Shown: positions 16,971 through 35,471 of the stretch, piece by piece | Layout: each line of letters opens with the position of its first letter | How positions within the stretch are numbered: the first letter of the stretch is position 1 | Translations under genes and position numbers: made by a program | The notes under the pieces: generated by a model | Databases searched by the model: none | Seen by the model: only the letters and a program-made list of their open reading frames with translations | Told to the model about the DNA's origin: nothing | Source of the DNA: the human T2T-CHM13v2.0 reference genome, Homo sapiens | Assembly: GCF_009914755.1 (NCBI RefSeq) | Contig: NC_060927.1 | Direction: 5' to 3' (one strand) | DNA: 64,000 bases

Positions 16971-17996
16971 ATGAGACAAAACCAGTGTAAAACGGCTGAA
17001 AATTCCAAAAACTAGACTGCCTCTTCTCTTCCAAAAGATCACAACTCCTCGCCAGCAAGGGAACAAAACTGGACGGAGAATGAATTTGAAGAATTGACAG
17101 AAGTAGGCTTCAGAAGGTGAGTAATGACAAACTCCTCCAAGCTAAAGGAGCATGTTCTAACACAATGCAAGGAAGCTAAGAACCTTGAAAAAAGGTTGGA
17201 GGAATTGCTAACTAGAATAACTAATTTAGAGAAGAACATAAATGACCTGATGGAGCTGAAAAACATAGCACAAGAACTTCGTGAAGCATACACAAGTATC
17301 AATAGCTGAATGGATCAAGCAGAAGAAAAGATGTCAGAGATTGAAGATCAACTTAATGAGATGAAGTGTGAAGACAAGATTAGAGAAAAAAGAATGAAAA
17401 GCAACAACCAAAACCTACAAGATATATGGGACTATGTGAAAAGACCAAACCTACGTTTTACTGGTGTGCCTGAAACTGACGGGGAGAATGGAATCAAGTT
17501 GGAAAACACTCTTCAGGATATTATCCAGGAGAACTTCCCCAACCTAGCAAGACAGGCCAACATTCAAATTCAGGAAATACAGAGAACACCATAAAGATAC
17601 TCCTCGAGAAGAGTAACCCCAAGACACATAATCTTCATATTCACCAAGGTTGAAATGAAGGAAAAAATGTTAATAGCAGCCAGAGAGAAAGATCAGGTTA
17701 CCCACAGAGGGAAGCCCATCAGACTAACAGCAGATCTCTCTGCAGAAACCCTACAAGCCAGAAGAGAGTGGGGGCCAATATTCAACATTCTTAAAGAGAA
17801 GAATTTTCAACACAGAATTTCATATCCAGCCAAACTAAGCTTCATAAGCAAAGGAGAAATAAAATCCTTTACAGACAAGCAAATGGTGAGAGATTTTGTC
17901 ACCACCAGGCCTACCTTGCAAGAGCTCCTGAAGGAAGCACTAAATATGGAAAGGAAAAACCAGTACCAGCCACTGCAAAAACATATCAAATTGTAA
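16971..17996 (+). pseudogene. L1 ORF1p remnant (RNA-binding/chaperone protein)
   Basis: ATG at 16971; ORFs 17124, 17310 and 17655 share its frame. In-frame stops at ~17118, 17307 and 17592. Motifs WDYVKRPNLR, PIRLTADLSAETLQARREWG and YPAKLSF. Confidence 0.92.
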
Positions 17997-18059
17997 AGAC
18001 CATCGACACTAGGAAGAAACTGCATCAAGTAATGGGCAAAATAAGGAGCTAGGATTATA

Positions 18060-21867
<3,808 letters not shown>

Positions 21868-22076
21868 ATAATGAGAACACATGGACACAGGGAGGGGAAC
21901 ATCACACAACAGGGCCTGTCAGGTGGTAGGGGTCTAGGGGAGGGATAGCATTCAGAGACATACCTAATGTAGATGACGTGTTCATGGGTGCAGCAAACCA
22001 CCATGGCATGTGTATACCTATGAAATAAACCTGCACATTCTGCACAAGTATCCCAGAACTTAAAGTATAATATAAA

Positions 22077-22790
22077 TCTATATGTGTATGTATATATCTC
22101 TGCTATATATATGTACATGTATATATACATATATATCCGCTATATATGTGTATGTATATACACATATATGTCCACTATATATGTATACATACAGATATAT
22201 ACATATAGGTACATATGTAATATATATGTGCACATGTATACATATATGTACATATATACATATATTACATATGTAATATATGTATATATACACATATATA
22301 CGTATACATGTGTATATGTACATATGTACATATGTAATATATGTATATATACATATGCATATATTATACGTATATGTATAATATAATAATATATTAATAT
22401 ATTAATGAATGAATTAATTAATTCATTAATATAATAATATAATAAATTATACATATACGTATAATATATGTACTATATGTATATATACATATATGTATGG
22501 TAATATATGTATATGTACATATGCGTATATACGTGCATATATACATATATGTACATATGTGTATGTGTGTATATATACATATGGGTATATATGTGTGTAT
22601 ATGCATATATGTACCTATGTGTATATATGTGTGTATATGCATACATGTACTATGTGTATATATGTGTGTATATACATACATGTACATATGCGTATATCTG
22701 TATATACATATGTGTATATATGTGTATATATACATATACGTACATAAATGTATATATGTCTATATATACATATATGGCAGATATATAATA
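22077..22790. repeat. Degenerate (TA)/(CA)/(TG) low-complexity tract
   Basis: Alternating purine-pyrimidine sequence immediately after the L1 3' end. Confidence 0.95.
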
Positions 22791-25700
22791 TATATGGAAA
22801 TATATATAATATATTATATATGGAAATATATATTGCATTATATATGGAAATATATATAATATATTATATATGGAAATATATATTGTATTATATATGGAAA
22901 TATATATTATATTATATATAGAAATATATATTATATATGGAAATATATATTATATTATATGAGGAAATATATATTATATTATATGTGGAAATATATATTA
23001 TATTATATATGGAAATATATATTATATTATATATGGAAATATATATTATATTATATATGGAAATATATATTATATTATATATGGAAATATATTATATATT
23101 ATATGTATGGAAATATATAATATATTATATAAAATATATATTATATATAATATATATTATATATGGAAATATATATTATATATTATATATGTGGAAATAT
23201 ATATAACACATAATATATGGAAATATATATATAATAAATATATATGGAAATATATGATACATATTACATATATAGAAATATATGATATATATTATATATA
23301 TGGAAATATATGATATATATTATATATGGAAATATATATTATAGATGGAAATATATATAATATATATTATATATATGGAAATATATATAATATATATTAT
23401 ATATATTGAAATATATATAATATATATATTGAAATATATATAATATATATTATATATATTGAAATATATATAATATATATATTGAAATATATATAATATA
23501 TACATGGAAATATATATAATATATGGAAATATATATAATATATATGGAAATATATATAATATATATTATACATGGAAACATATATTATATATGGAAATAT
23601 ATATAATATATATTATATGGAAATATATATAATATATATTATATGGAACTATATATAATATATATTATATATGGAACTATATATAATATATAATATACAT
23701 GGAAAATATATAATATATGTTATATACATGGAAAATATATAATATATATTATATACATTTCCATATATAATATATATTATATACAAGGAAATATATAATA
23801 CATATTATATACATGGAAATATATAATATATATGATATACATGGAAATATATATAATATATATTATATATATGGAAATATATAATATATATTATATATGG
23901 AAATATATAATATATATTATATGGAAATATATAATATATATTATATATATGGAAATATATAATATGTATTATATATGGAAATATATAATATATATTATAT
24001 ATGGAAATATAAAATATATATTATATATATGGAAATATAAAATATATATTATATATATGGAAATCTATATAATATATATTATATGGAAATCCATATAATA
24101 TATATTATATATGGAAATCCATATAATATATATTATTTATGGAAATCTATATAATATATATTATATATGGAAATATATAATATATTATATATGGAAATAT
24201 ATATAATATATTATATATATGGAAATATATAATATATTATATATATGGAAATATATATAATATATTATATATATGGAAATATATATAATATATTATATAT
24301 ATGGAAATATAAATAATATATTATATATATGGAAATATAAATAATATATTATATATGGAAATATATAATATATTATATATATGGAAATATATAATATATT
24401 ATATATATGGAAATATATAATATATTATATATATGGAAATATATAATATATTATATATATGGAAATATATATATTATATATGGAAATATATATATTATAT
24501 ATACGGAAATATATATAATATATATATGGAAATATATATATTATATATGGAAATATATATATTATATATATGGAAACATATATAATATATTATATATGGA
24601 AATAAAATATATTATATATGGAAATATATATAATATATTATATATGGAAATATATAATATATATATGGAAATATATAATATATATATGGAAATATATAAT
24701 ATATATTATATATGGAAATATATATAATATATATTATACATGGAAATATATATAATATATTGTATATATGGAAATATATATATTGTATATATGGAAATAT
24801 ATATATTGTATATATGGAAATATATATAATATATATTGTATATATGGAAATATATATAATATATATTGTATATATGGAAATTTATATAATATATATTGTA
24901 TATATGGAAATTTATACAATATATATTGTATATATGGAAATATATGTAATATATATTGTATATATGGAAAAATATAATATATATTGTATATACGGAAATA
25001 TATATAATATATTATATATGGAAATATATATTAAATATTATATATGGAAATATATATTATATATTATATATATGGAAATATATACTATATTATATATGGA
25101 AATGTATATAACATATATAATATATATGGAAATGTATATAGCATATATAATATATATGGAAATATATATAACATATATTATATATATGGAAATGTATATA
25201 ACATATATTATGTATATGGAAATGTATATAATATATATTATATACGGAAATATATATAATATATATTATATATGGAAATATATAATATATAATATGTATT
25301 ATATATGGAAATATATAATATATATAATATATATTATATATGGAAATATATAATATATATAATATATATTATATATGGAAATATATAATATATATTATAT
25401 ATGGAAATGTATAATATATATTATATATGGAAATATATAATATATATTATATATGGAAATGTATAATATATATTATATATGGAAATGTATAATATATGTA
25501 ATATATATTATATATGGAAATGTATAATATATGTAATATATATTATATATGGAAATGTATTATATATGTAATATATATTATATGGAAATGTATAATATAT
25601 GTAATATGTATTATATATGGAAATGTATAATATATGTAATATATATTACATATGGAAATGTATAATATATGTAATATATATTACATATGGAAATGTATAA

Positions 25701-27846
25701 TATATGTAATATATATTACATATGGAAATGTATAATATATGTAATATATATTACATATGGAAATGTATAATATATGTAATATATATTACATATGGAAATG
25801 TATAATATATGTAATATATATTACATATGGAAATGTATAATATATGTAATATATATTACATATGGAAATGTATAATATATGTAATATATATTACATATGG
25901 AAATGTATAATATATGTAATATATATTACATATGGAAATGTATAATATATGTAATATATATTACATATGGAAATGTATAATATATGTAATATATATTACA
26001 TATGGAAATGTATAATATATGTAATATATATTACATATGGAAATGTATAATATATGTAATATATATTACATATGGAAATGTATAATATATGTAATATATA
26101 TTACATATGGAAATATATAATATATGTAATATATATTACATATGGAAATATATAATATATGTAATATATATTACATATGGAAATATATAATATATGTAAT
26201 ATATATTACATATGGAAATATATAATATATGTAATATATATTACATATGGAAATATATAATATATGTAATATATATTACATATGGAAATATATAATATAT
26301 GTAATATATATTACATATGGAAATATATAATATATGTAATATATATTACATATGGAAATATATAATATATGTAATATATATTACATATGGAAATATATAA
26401 TATATGTAATATATATTACATATGGAAATATATAATATATGTAATATATATTACATATGGAATATATAATATATGTAATATATATTATATATGGAAATAT
26501 ATGATATATAATATATGTAATATATATTATATATGGAAATATATGATATATAATATATGTAATATATATTATATATGGAAATATATGATATATAATATAT
26601 GTAATATATATTATATATGGAAATATATGATATATAATATATATTATATATGGAAATATATGATATATAATATATATTATATATGGAAATATATGATATA
26701 TAATATATATTATATATGGAAATATATGATGTATAATATATATTATATATGGAAATATATGATATATAATATATATTATATATGGAAATATATGATATAT
26801 AATATATATTATATATGGAAATATATGATATATAATATATATTATATGGAAATATATGATGTATAATATATATTATATATGGAAATATATGATGTATAAT
26901 ATATATTATATATGGAAATATATGATATATAATATATATTATATATGGAAATATATGATATATATAATATATATTATATATGGAAATATATGATATATAA
27001 TATACATTATATATGGAAATATATGATATATAATATACATAATATATGGAAATATATGATATGTAATATACATAATATATGGAAATATATGATATGTAAT
27101 ATACATAATATATGGAAATATATGATATGTAATATACATAATATATGGAAATATATAATATATATAATATATATAATATATGGAAATATATAATATATAT
27201 AATATATATAATATATGGAAATATATAATATATATAATATATATAATATATGGAAATATATAATATATATAATATATATAATATATGGATATATATAATA
27301 TATATAATATATGGAAATATATAATATATATTATATATGGAAATATATAATATGTATTATATATGGAAATATATAATATATATTATATATGGAAATATAT
27401 AATATATTTTATATATGGAATATATAATATATTTTATACATGGAAATATATAATACATTTTATATATGGAAATATATATAATACATTTTATAGATGGAAA
27501 TATATATACTATATTTTATAGATGGAAATATATATACTATATTTTATAGATGGAAATATATATACTATATTTTATAGATGGAAATATATATAATATATAT
27601 TATATGGAAATATATATGATATATATTATATGAGGAAATATATATAATATATATTATATGTGGAAATATACATAATATATATTGTATATGTGGAAATATA
27701 TATAATATATATTGTATATGTGGAAATATATATAATATATATTGTATATATGGAAATATATATATGGGAATATATATAAAATATATTATATATATGGGAA
27801 TATATATAAAATATATTATATATATGGAAATATATATAATATATAT
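22791..27846 (+). repeat. AT-rich minisatellite of ~20-42 bp units, each built around TATGGAAAT
   Basis: Continuous array with sub-blocks: ~26 bp, 30 bp (~24811-24960), 35 bp x24 (25616-26455), 42 bp, 33 bp and 29 bp units. Confidence 0.97.
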
Positions 27847-28002
27847 AACGGAGTTTCTTTTTTTTTCCTATAATATGTAGTGGAAAACAAGAAAAATTTA
27901 AGAATTAATTTTTAAAAAATTCAGTCTTAAGACTAAATTTTTTCGTCAGGTAGTGTGCACTCAGCTTCAAGTAACAATACACTGCTAAAAGTAGCTTTAT
28001 AA

Positions 28003-28585
<583 letters not shown>

Positions 28586-28794
28586 ATTTATTTTTGAGAC
28601 AGAGTTTGGCTCTTGTTGCCCATGCTGGAGTGCAGTGGCGTGATCTCGGCTCACTGCAACCTCCACCTTCAAGCGATTCTCCTGCCTCAGCCTTCTGAGT
28701 AGCTGAGATTACAGGTGTGTGCCACCATGCCCAGGTATTTTTTTAAATATTTATTTATTTATTTATTTGTGGGCATGAGCCACCACGCCCGGCC
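28586..28794 (-). mobile_element. AluS with most of the left monomer deleted
   Basis: Right arm and linker expanded to (TTTA)n, then a jump directly to ggcatgagccaccacgcccggcc. Confidence 0.85.
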
Positions 28795-28866
28795 TCAACT
28801 TTCATTTTAAATGGTGATACATATTCCATACCAAAAAAAAAAAAAAAAAAAAGAAAAAGAAAGAAA

Positions 28867-29200
28867 GGTCGGGCACAGTGGCTCATGCCAGTAATCCCAG
28901 CACTTTGGGAGTCCGAGGCGGGTGGATCACCTGAGGTCAGTAGTCCAAGACCAGCCGGACCAACATGGCGAAACCCCGTCTCTACTAAAAAATACAAAAA
29001 TTAGCTGTGCATCGTGGCAGGTGCCTGTAATTCCAGCTACTCAGGAGGCTGAGGCATGAGAATCGCTTGAACCCGGGAGGCAGATGTTGCAGTAAGCCAG
29101 TATCGTGCCACTGCATTTCAGCCTGGTCTACAGAGTAAGACTCCATTTCAAAAAACCACAACAACAACAACAACAACAACAGGAAAAAAAAAAGAAAAGA
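28867..29200 (+). mobile_element. AluS inserted in an A-rich tract
   Basis: Full dimer with (CAA)n tail; A-rich TSD ...aaagaaagaaa. Confidence 0.9.
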
Positions 29201-29239
29201 AAGAAACAAAGAGAAAAACAAACCACACACCCTATAATT

Positions 29240-29528
29240 GGACAGGCCCAGTGGCTCATGCCTGTAATCCTAGCATTTTGGTGGTCAAGGCAGGAGGATC
29301 ACTTGAGTCCGGCAGTTACCAGCTTGAGCAACATAGAGAGACCTGGTCTCTACTAAAAATAAAATTAGGCTAGCATGGTGACTCATGCCTGCAGTCCCAG
29401 CTATCTGGGAGGCTGAGGCACAGGAGAATAGTTTGAGCCCAGGAGTTTGAGGTTTCAATGAGCTATGATCACATCATTGCACTCTAGCCTGGGCAACAGG
29501 GTGAGACTCTGTCTTAAAAAACCAAAAA
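29240..29528 (+). mobile_element. AluJ
   Basis: ggaggatcacttgag and agctatgatc diagnostics. Confidence 0.88.
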
Positions 29529-29562
29529 CTGTAGTTGACTTAACATAATAAACAGCGTTCCT

Positions 29563-29752
29563 TTCATTTATGGAATACCTGAGTATTAAGAAATATATAC
29601 TAGAGGTTTTACACAAACACCTCTAATCCTTAAAACAATCTTGCAAGGTAGCTATTATCATTCTGATTTTACAAATGAGAAAACTGAAACTCAGAGAGCT
29701 TAAAACTTATCTGATATTTCCGCTAGTTGCAGAACAGGGAATTTGAGCCCAT
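29563..29752 (-). mobile_element. MIR
   Basis: attttacaaatgagaaaactgaaactcagagag core. Confidence 0.7.
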
Positions 29753-29870
29753 TTCCAAACCAGCAGTCATAATGATATTTATTTAACACTGGGGGCGGGT
29801 GGGTTGGGTAGGGAGAAATCAAAGCCCAAAGGAATAGGCAAATTCATAACTAATAAACATAGAATTAGTT

Positions 29871-30266
<396 letters not shown>

Positions 30267-30534
30267 CTATGATGGATATTCAGATCTATTTATAACCTAC
30301 AGTTCATCATTGCACTTTCAGTAGACGGTAAGCAATTATTCAGTTTGCATCAGTAGCTATGTTGAGCTTACTCTGACATCCTGTTTTCCACACCTCTTGA
30401 TCAGGCTTACTGGCATTTTGTTCTTCATAAGTCTTTGTCAGCACTTCCTACAGTTGTCCAACACTATCTAGCACATACAATTAGTCACATTTGTCAACAG
30501 TCCTCAGTAAGGTTAGATTAAGTTCAATTTCTCA

Positions 30535-31049
<515 letters not shown>

Positions 31050-32117
31050 CTATACAGTGTCTATAGGTGTTAGCAGTTAAATGGAATACATGGATAAAAA
31101 AGGAAAAATAAGGAGGGAAGCAGTGTAAGAAGGAAGAAAGAACTGTATACATAGGGCAAGGGAAGGGGACAGACAGTGCTGTCACTATTGTCAATTTTGC
31201 TGTGACAGAATAAATTCTAGAACAGACTGGGAAACAGCACAGGGCAAATGTTTCTGTCCTGCCAACAGGACTAGCAGAGACTAAGCCAAACTGCTGTCAC
31301 TGATTGCACCACTGCAGGTTGTCACGGATTACATCACTATGGTTTCTCTTCTCTGAGGACACATTTTTCTCTGCTCTCCACCCAGGGACTTGGACACTTG
31401 ATTTCAAATTCTCCTAACAAACAGTTTCAGGCTCTTTAGGCCCAGTCTCACTTATTTGCCTACCCGCTTCCAGGACATGCTCCAAAGGGCTTTACCAATA
31501 TACCCCTCATGTCGAAGACCAGCCCCATCTCTGGCTTCCTCTTCTCCCCATGTCATTCCTGACTATGGCATGGGTGGTTCTGGGAGAAAGGTGACATAAA
31601 CAGGTTCCCTCTGGACTCAACACAGCAGAGCCAAATGGGAAGTGATGTTGGGAGCTTTCCTTGTGAGGCCAGTCAGTGAAAAGTGCCGACAGTCTGGCAG
31701 ATGGGAAATCAGTGTTTCCTGAGAGAACAGGAAACACTCACCAAGCTTCTCAGCCTCCTTTTTTTGCCCTCTGCTATAGCTATCTGAAGCTGTCCTAGGG
31801 TCAGTGAACAAGAAAGTTCTCCCCAGTCTGTCTGGCCAGACCAAAGTAATATTTTGGATTAAGCTTCATGACATTTCTTTGTCCCATCCTGAAACAACCC
31901 TCTGGGAAGGAGAGGGGAATTCATAAATTTACTTTAGTTTGATTTTTGTGACTAAGAAAGTGGTGTTTTACCTTTTCTTCATTCTAGGTTGCTAATGTGC
32001 TCACTCTTGGCACCTTGTTAATAATATATAAGATTTATTTACCCCATCTTCATTTACTTATCATCTTTCTCCTGTCTTAAACCCCACACTTGGAGCATAT
32101 AAATTTACACAGTTTAT

Positions 32118-32300
32118 TTTAAAAGAACAGACTTTGAAGACCTACAGATCTGGTTTTCATACTGGCTCCCACGTGTCTTAGCAGAGTGACATTGGACAAG
32201 CTGGTCAACTTCTTTCAATATCACTCAGTTGCTTCATCACCAAAATGAAGGTTATGATGTCTACCTCAGAAGGTTCTTAAGATTTAAGAGAAAGGATGTC
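32118..32300 (+). mobile_element. MIR
   Basis: gtgacattggacaag...ctcagttgcttcatcaccaaaatgaag core. Confidence 0.65.
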
Positions 32301-32422
32301 CATCAAGTGAAAGGCAAGGAGTGACTGAGTAGAAATATCCATTCCCTTTCCCCTCTCTTTAACCCATCAGCCAAAAGAATATAGCATTTTTTGTTTGTTT
32401 GTTTGTTTGTTTTTTAACAAGT

Positions 32423-32709
32423 TGTGAACCCAGAAAATCTGAGACAGGTCTCAGTTTATTTAGAAAGTTGATTTTGCCAAGATTGAGGACAAGCCTATAA
32501 CACATCCTCAGGAAGTCCTAATGACAGGTGCCCAAGATGGTCAGGGCACAGCTTGCTTTTATACATTTAGGGAGACAGGAAACATTAATCAATATATGTA
32601 AGAAGTACATTGGTTCCGTCTGGAAAGGCGGGACAACTTGAAGCAAAGGCAGGAAGACTGGAAGCGGGGAGACAGCTTCCAGGTCACAGATAAGTGATAC
32701 ACAAATGGT
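32423..32709 (-). mobile_element. ERV1 LTR (MER4A-like), truncated
   Basis: tgtgaacccagaaaatctgagacaggtctcagtttatttagaaag... matches the reverse-complement MER4A 3' end as I recall it; homology stops abruptly at ...acaaatggt. Confidence 0.75.
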
Positions 32710-32768
32710 GTACACAAAAAAGGGTGTACACAAATGGTGTACACAAAAAGTGATACACAAACCTACTC

Positions 32769-33968
<1,200 letters not shown>

Positions 33969-34579
33969 TCCACATAGAATTAATCTCTCCTTCCAATCCT
34001 CTTATAAATCTATAACACTTTGCTCCTAACTTGTGCCTATCATGATGATTATAAAAGTATTTTACATAAAAATTTCCCCCTGCTTACTCAGTCAATAAGA
34101 TTCCATCAGAAATGTATGAAATAAGAATTTCCCAGCTCCCTTCTACTCCCACTTACCAAAGAAGCAGAAATTCTATCAAATATCAGGAATAATTTTTTTT
34201 AATGCAAATTCCTCTTTGAAACCCTTTGACCCTCAGGAGATTTAAATTCTATGAGGTGAAAAAGAGAACATACCAGACCTTTAAAACAGTAGATGAGAAA
34301 TATTTGCATTTCTGAAAGAATTTTCATATGATTCATGAGTCATCTTCCTCTTTGGCCACCTAATACAAATTCAGGATGTTATTTATTGTCTCTATAAAAA
34401 CCATTTTTTCCATATATCTCTGGATAATTCTTTTGCCACAACCTAAGGGGTTATGATACTTTTCCTTTCAAGAATCAAAGTACTAAGTGTGGCAAAAAGA
34501 CAACAAGTATCCTCTGGACAGAAACCAAATAAGCTCACTCAAAATTAAAGAAGAGAGTTAAAGAACTTTCATGTTTTTC

Positions 34580-34775
34580 ATGCCAGATACTATTGAAAAC
34601 ATCTCATAATTAGCTGATTCAGTCCTCACAACTGTCCTAGGCATAGGGTAGGTATAAACGGCCTCATTTTGTAGATGAGAAAAATGGGGTGAGAGAAATG
34701 AAGTCATTTACCCAAGGTCACAGTGCCAGAAAATGGCAGAACCAGGATTCTAACGAGCAGTTGGACTCAAAACCT
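34580..34775 (-). mobile_element. MIR, extending beyond the inner edge of the right arm
   Basis: tcagtcctcacaac...cctcattttgtagatgagaaaa...cccaaggtcacagtgccagaaaatggcagaaccaggatt. Confidence 0.75.
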
Positions 34776-35048
34776 AAATGAGTGTCCCCAAACCAGAATT
34801 TCGTAAGCACTGGTGAATTCTGAGCAAGCACAGGAGAATCTTTATTTAGTATAATTAAAGAATGGCAAATTCTATTAGGCCAGAAATTCCTTTCTATGAC
34901 AATGCATTGCTGTAAACCTCTCTTTAAACTCATCTACTTCCTTTTCTTATAAATTTCATATGTATGTTTATATACAAATTATATATAAACAGAAGCAACA
35001 TGATGTGTATGTGCATGTATATATATGTAGATAGATAGATAGATAGAT

Positions 35049-35090
<42 letters not shown>

Positions 35091-35471
35091 GGAATTGGCT
35101 CACATGAATATGGAGGTTGGCAAATCCAAAATCTGCAGGTTGGGCCAGCAGACTGGAGACCAGGGGAGAGTTAATGGTGCAGTTCACTACTGAAGGCCAT
35201 CTTCTGGAAAATTCTCCCTTCTCTGGGGAAACTATTGTTTTGTTCTATTGAAGTAATTGGATGATGTCTACTCACATTATGGAGAGCAAGCTGCTGCACT
35301 CAAAGTCCACTAATTTAAATGCTATTTTCATCCATACTCCCCTATCCAGAAATATCCAGAATAATGTTTGATCACATATCTGAGCAGCATGACCCAGCCA
35401 AGTTAACACATAAAATTAACTATCATATATATGATAAATATATATATATGTACACACACACGTATCTCATA
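34617..35471 (-). repeat. Right arm of long inverted repeat (MIR piece, (GATA)n STR, MLT2 LTR copy 2)
   Basis: Reverse complement of 32769-33632; the ORF track shows mirrored peptides (MSLKRGLQQC..., MNCTINSPL...). Confidence 0.97.

Noticed and set aside
16521-17066. 181-aa antisense ORF over the L1 5' UTR/ORF1 junction
   Set aside because: It has no recognisable homology and appears to start at a non-ATG codon. I cannot equate it with L1 ORF0.
25616-26455. CRISPR-like appearance (regular ~35-bp period with palindromes)
   Set aside because: The spacers are identical rather than unique, there are no cas genes, and the context is a primate genome.
22078-27193. Long Y/I-rich ORFs (e.g. 24712-25353, 213 aa; 26387-26866, 159 aa)
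   Set aside because: These are translations of the AT minisatellite, with no coding complexity or gene context.
22791-27846. Human satellite II/III identity suggested by TGGAA
   Set aside because: There is no (GGAAT)n pentamer periodicity. The motif is isolated in TA spacers and the array is bounded by L1 TSDs.
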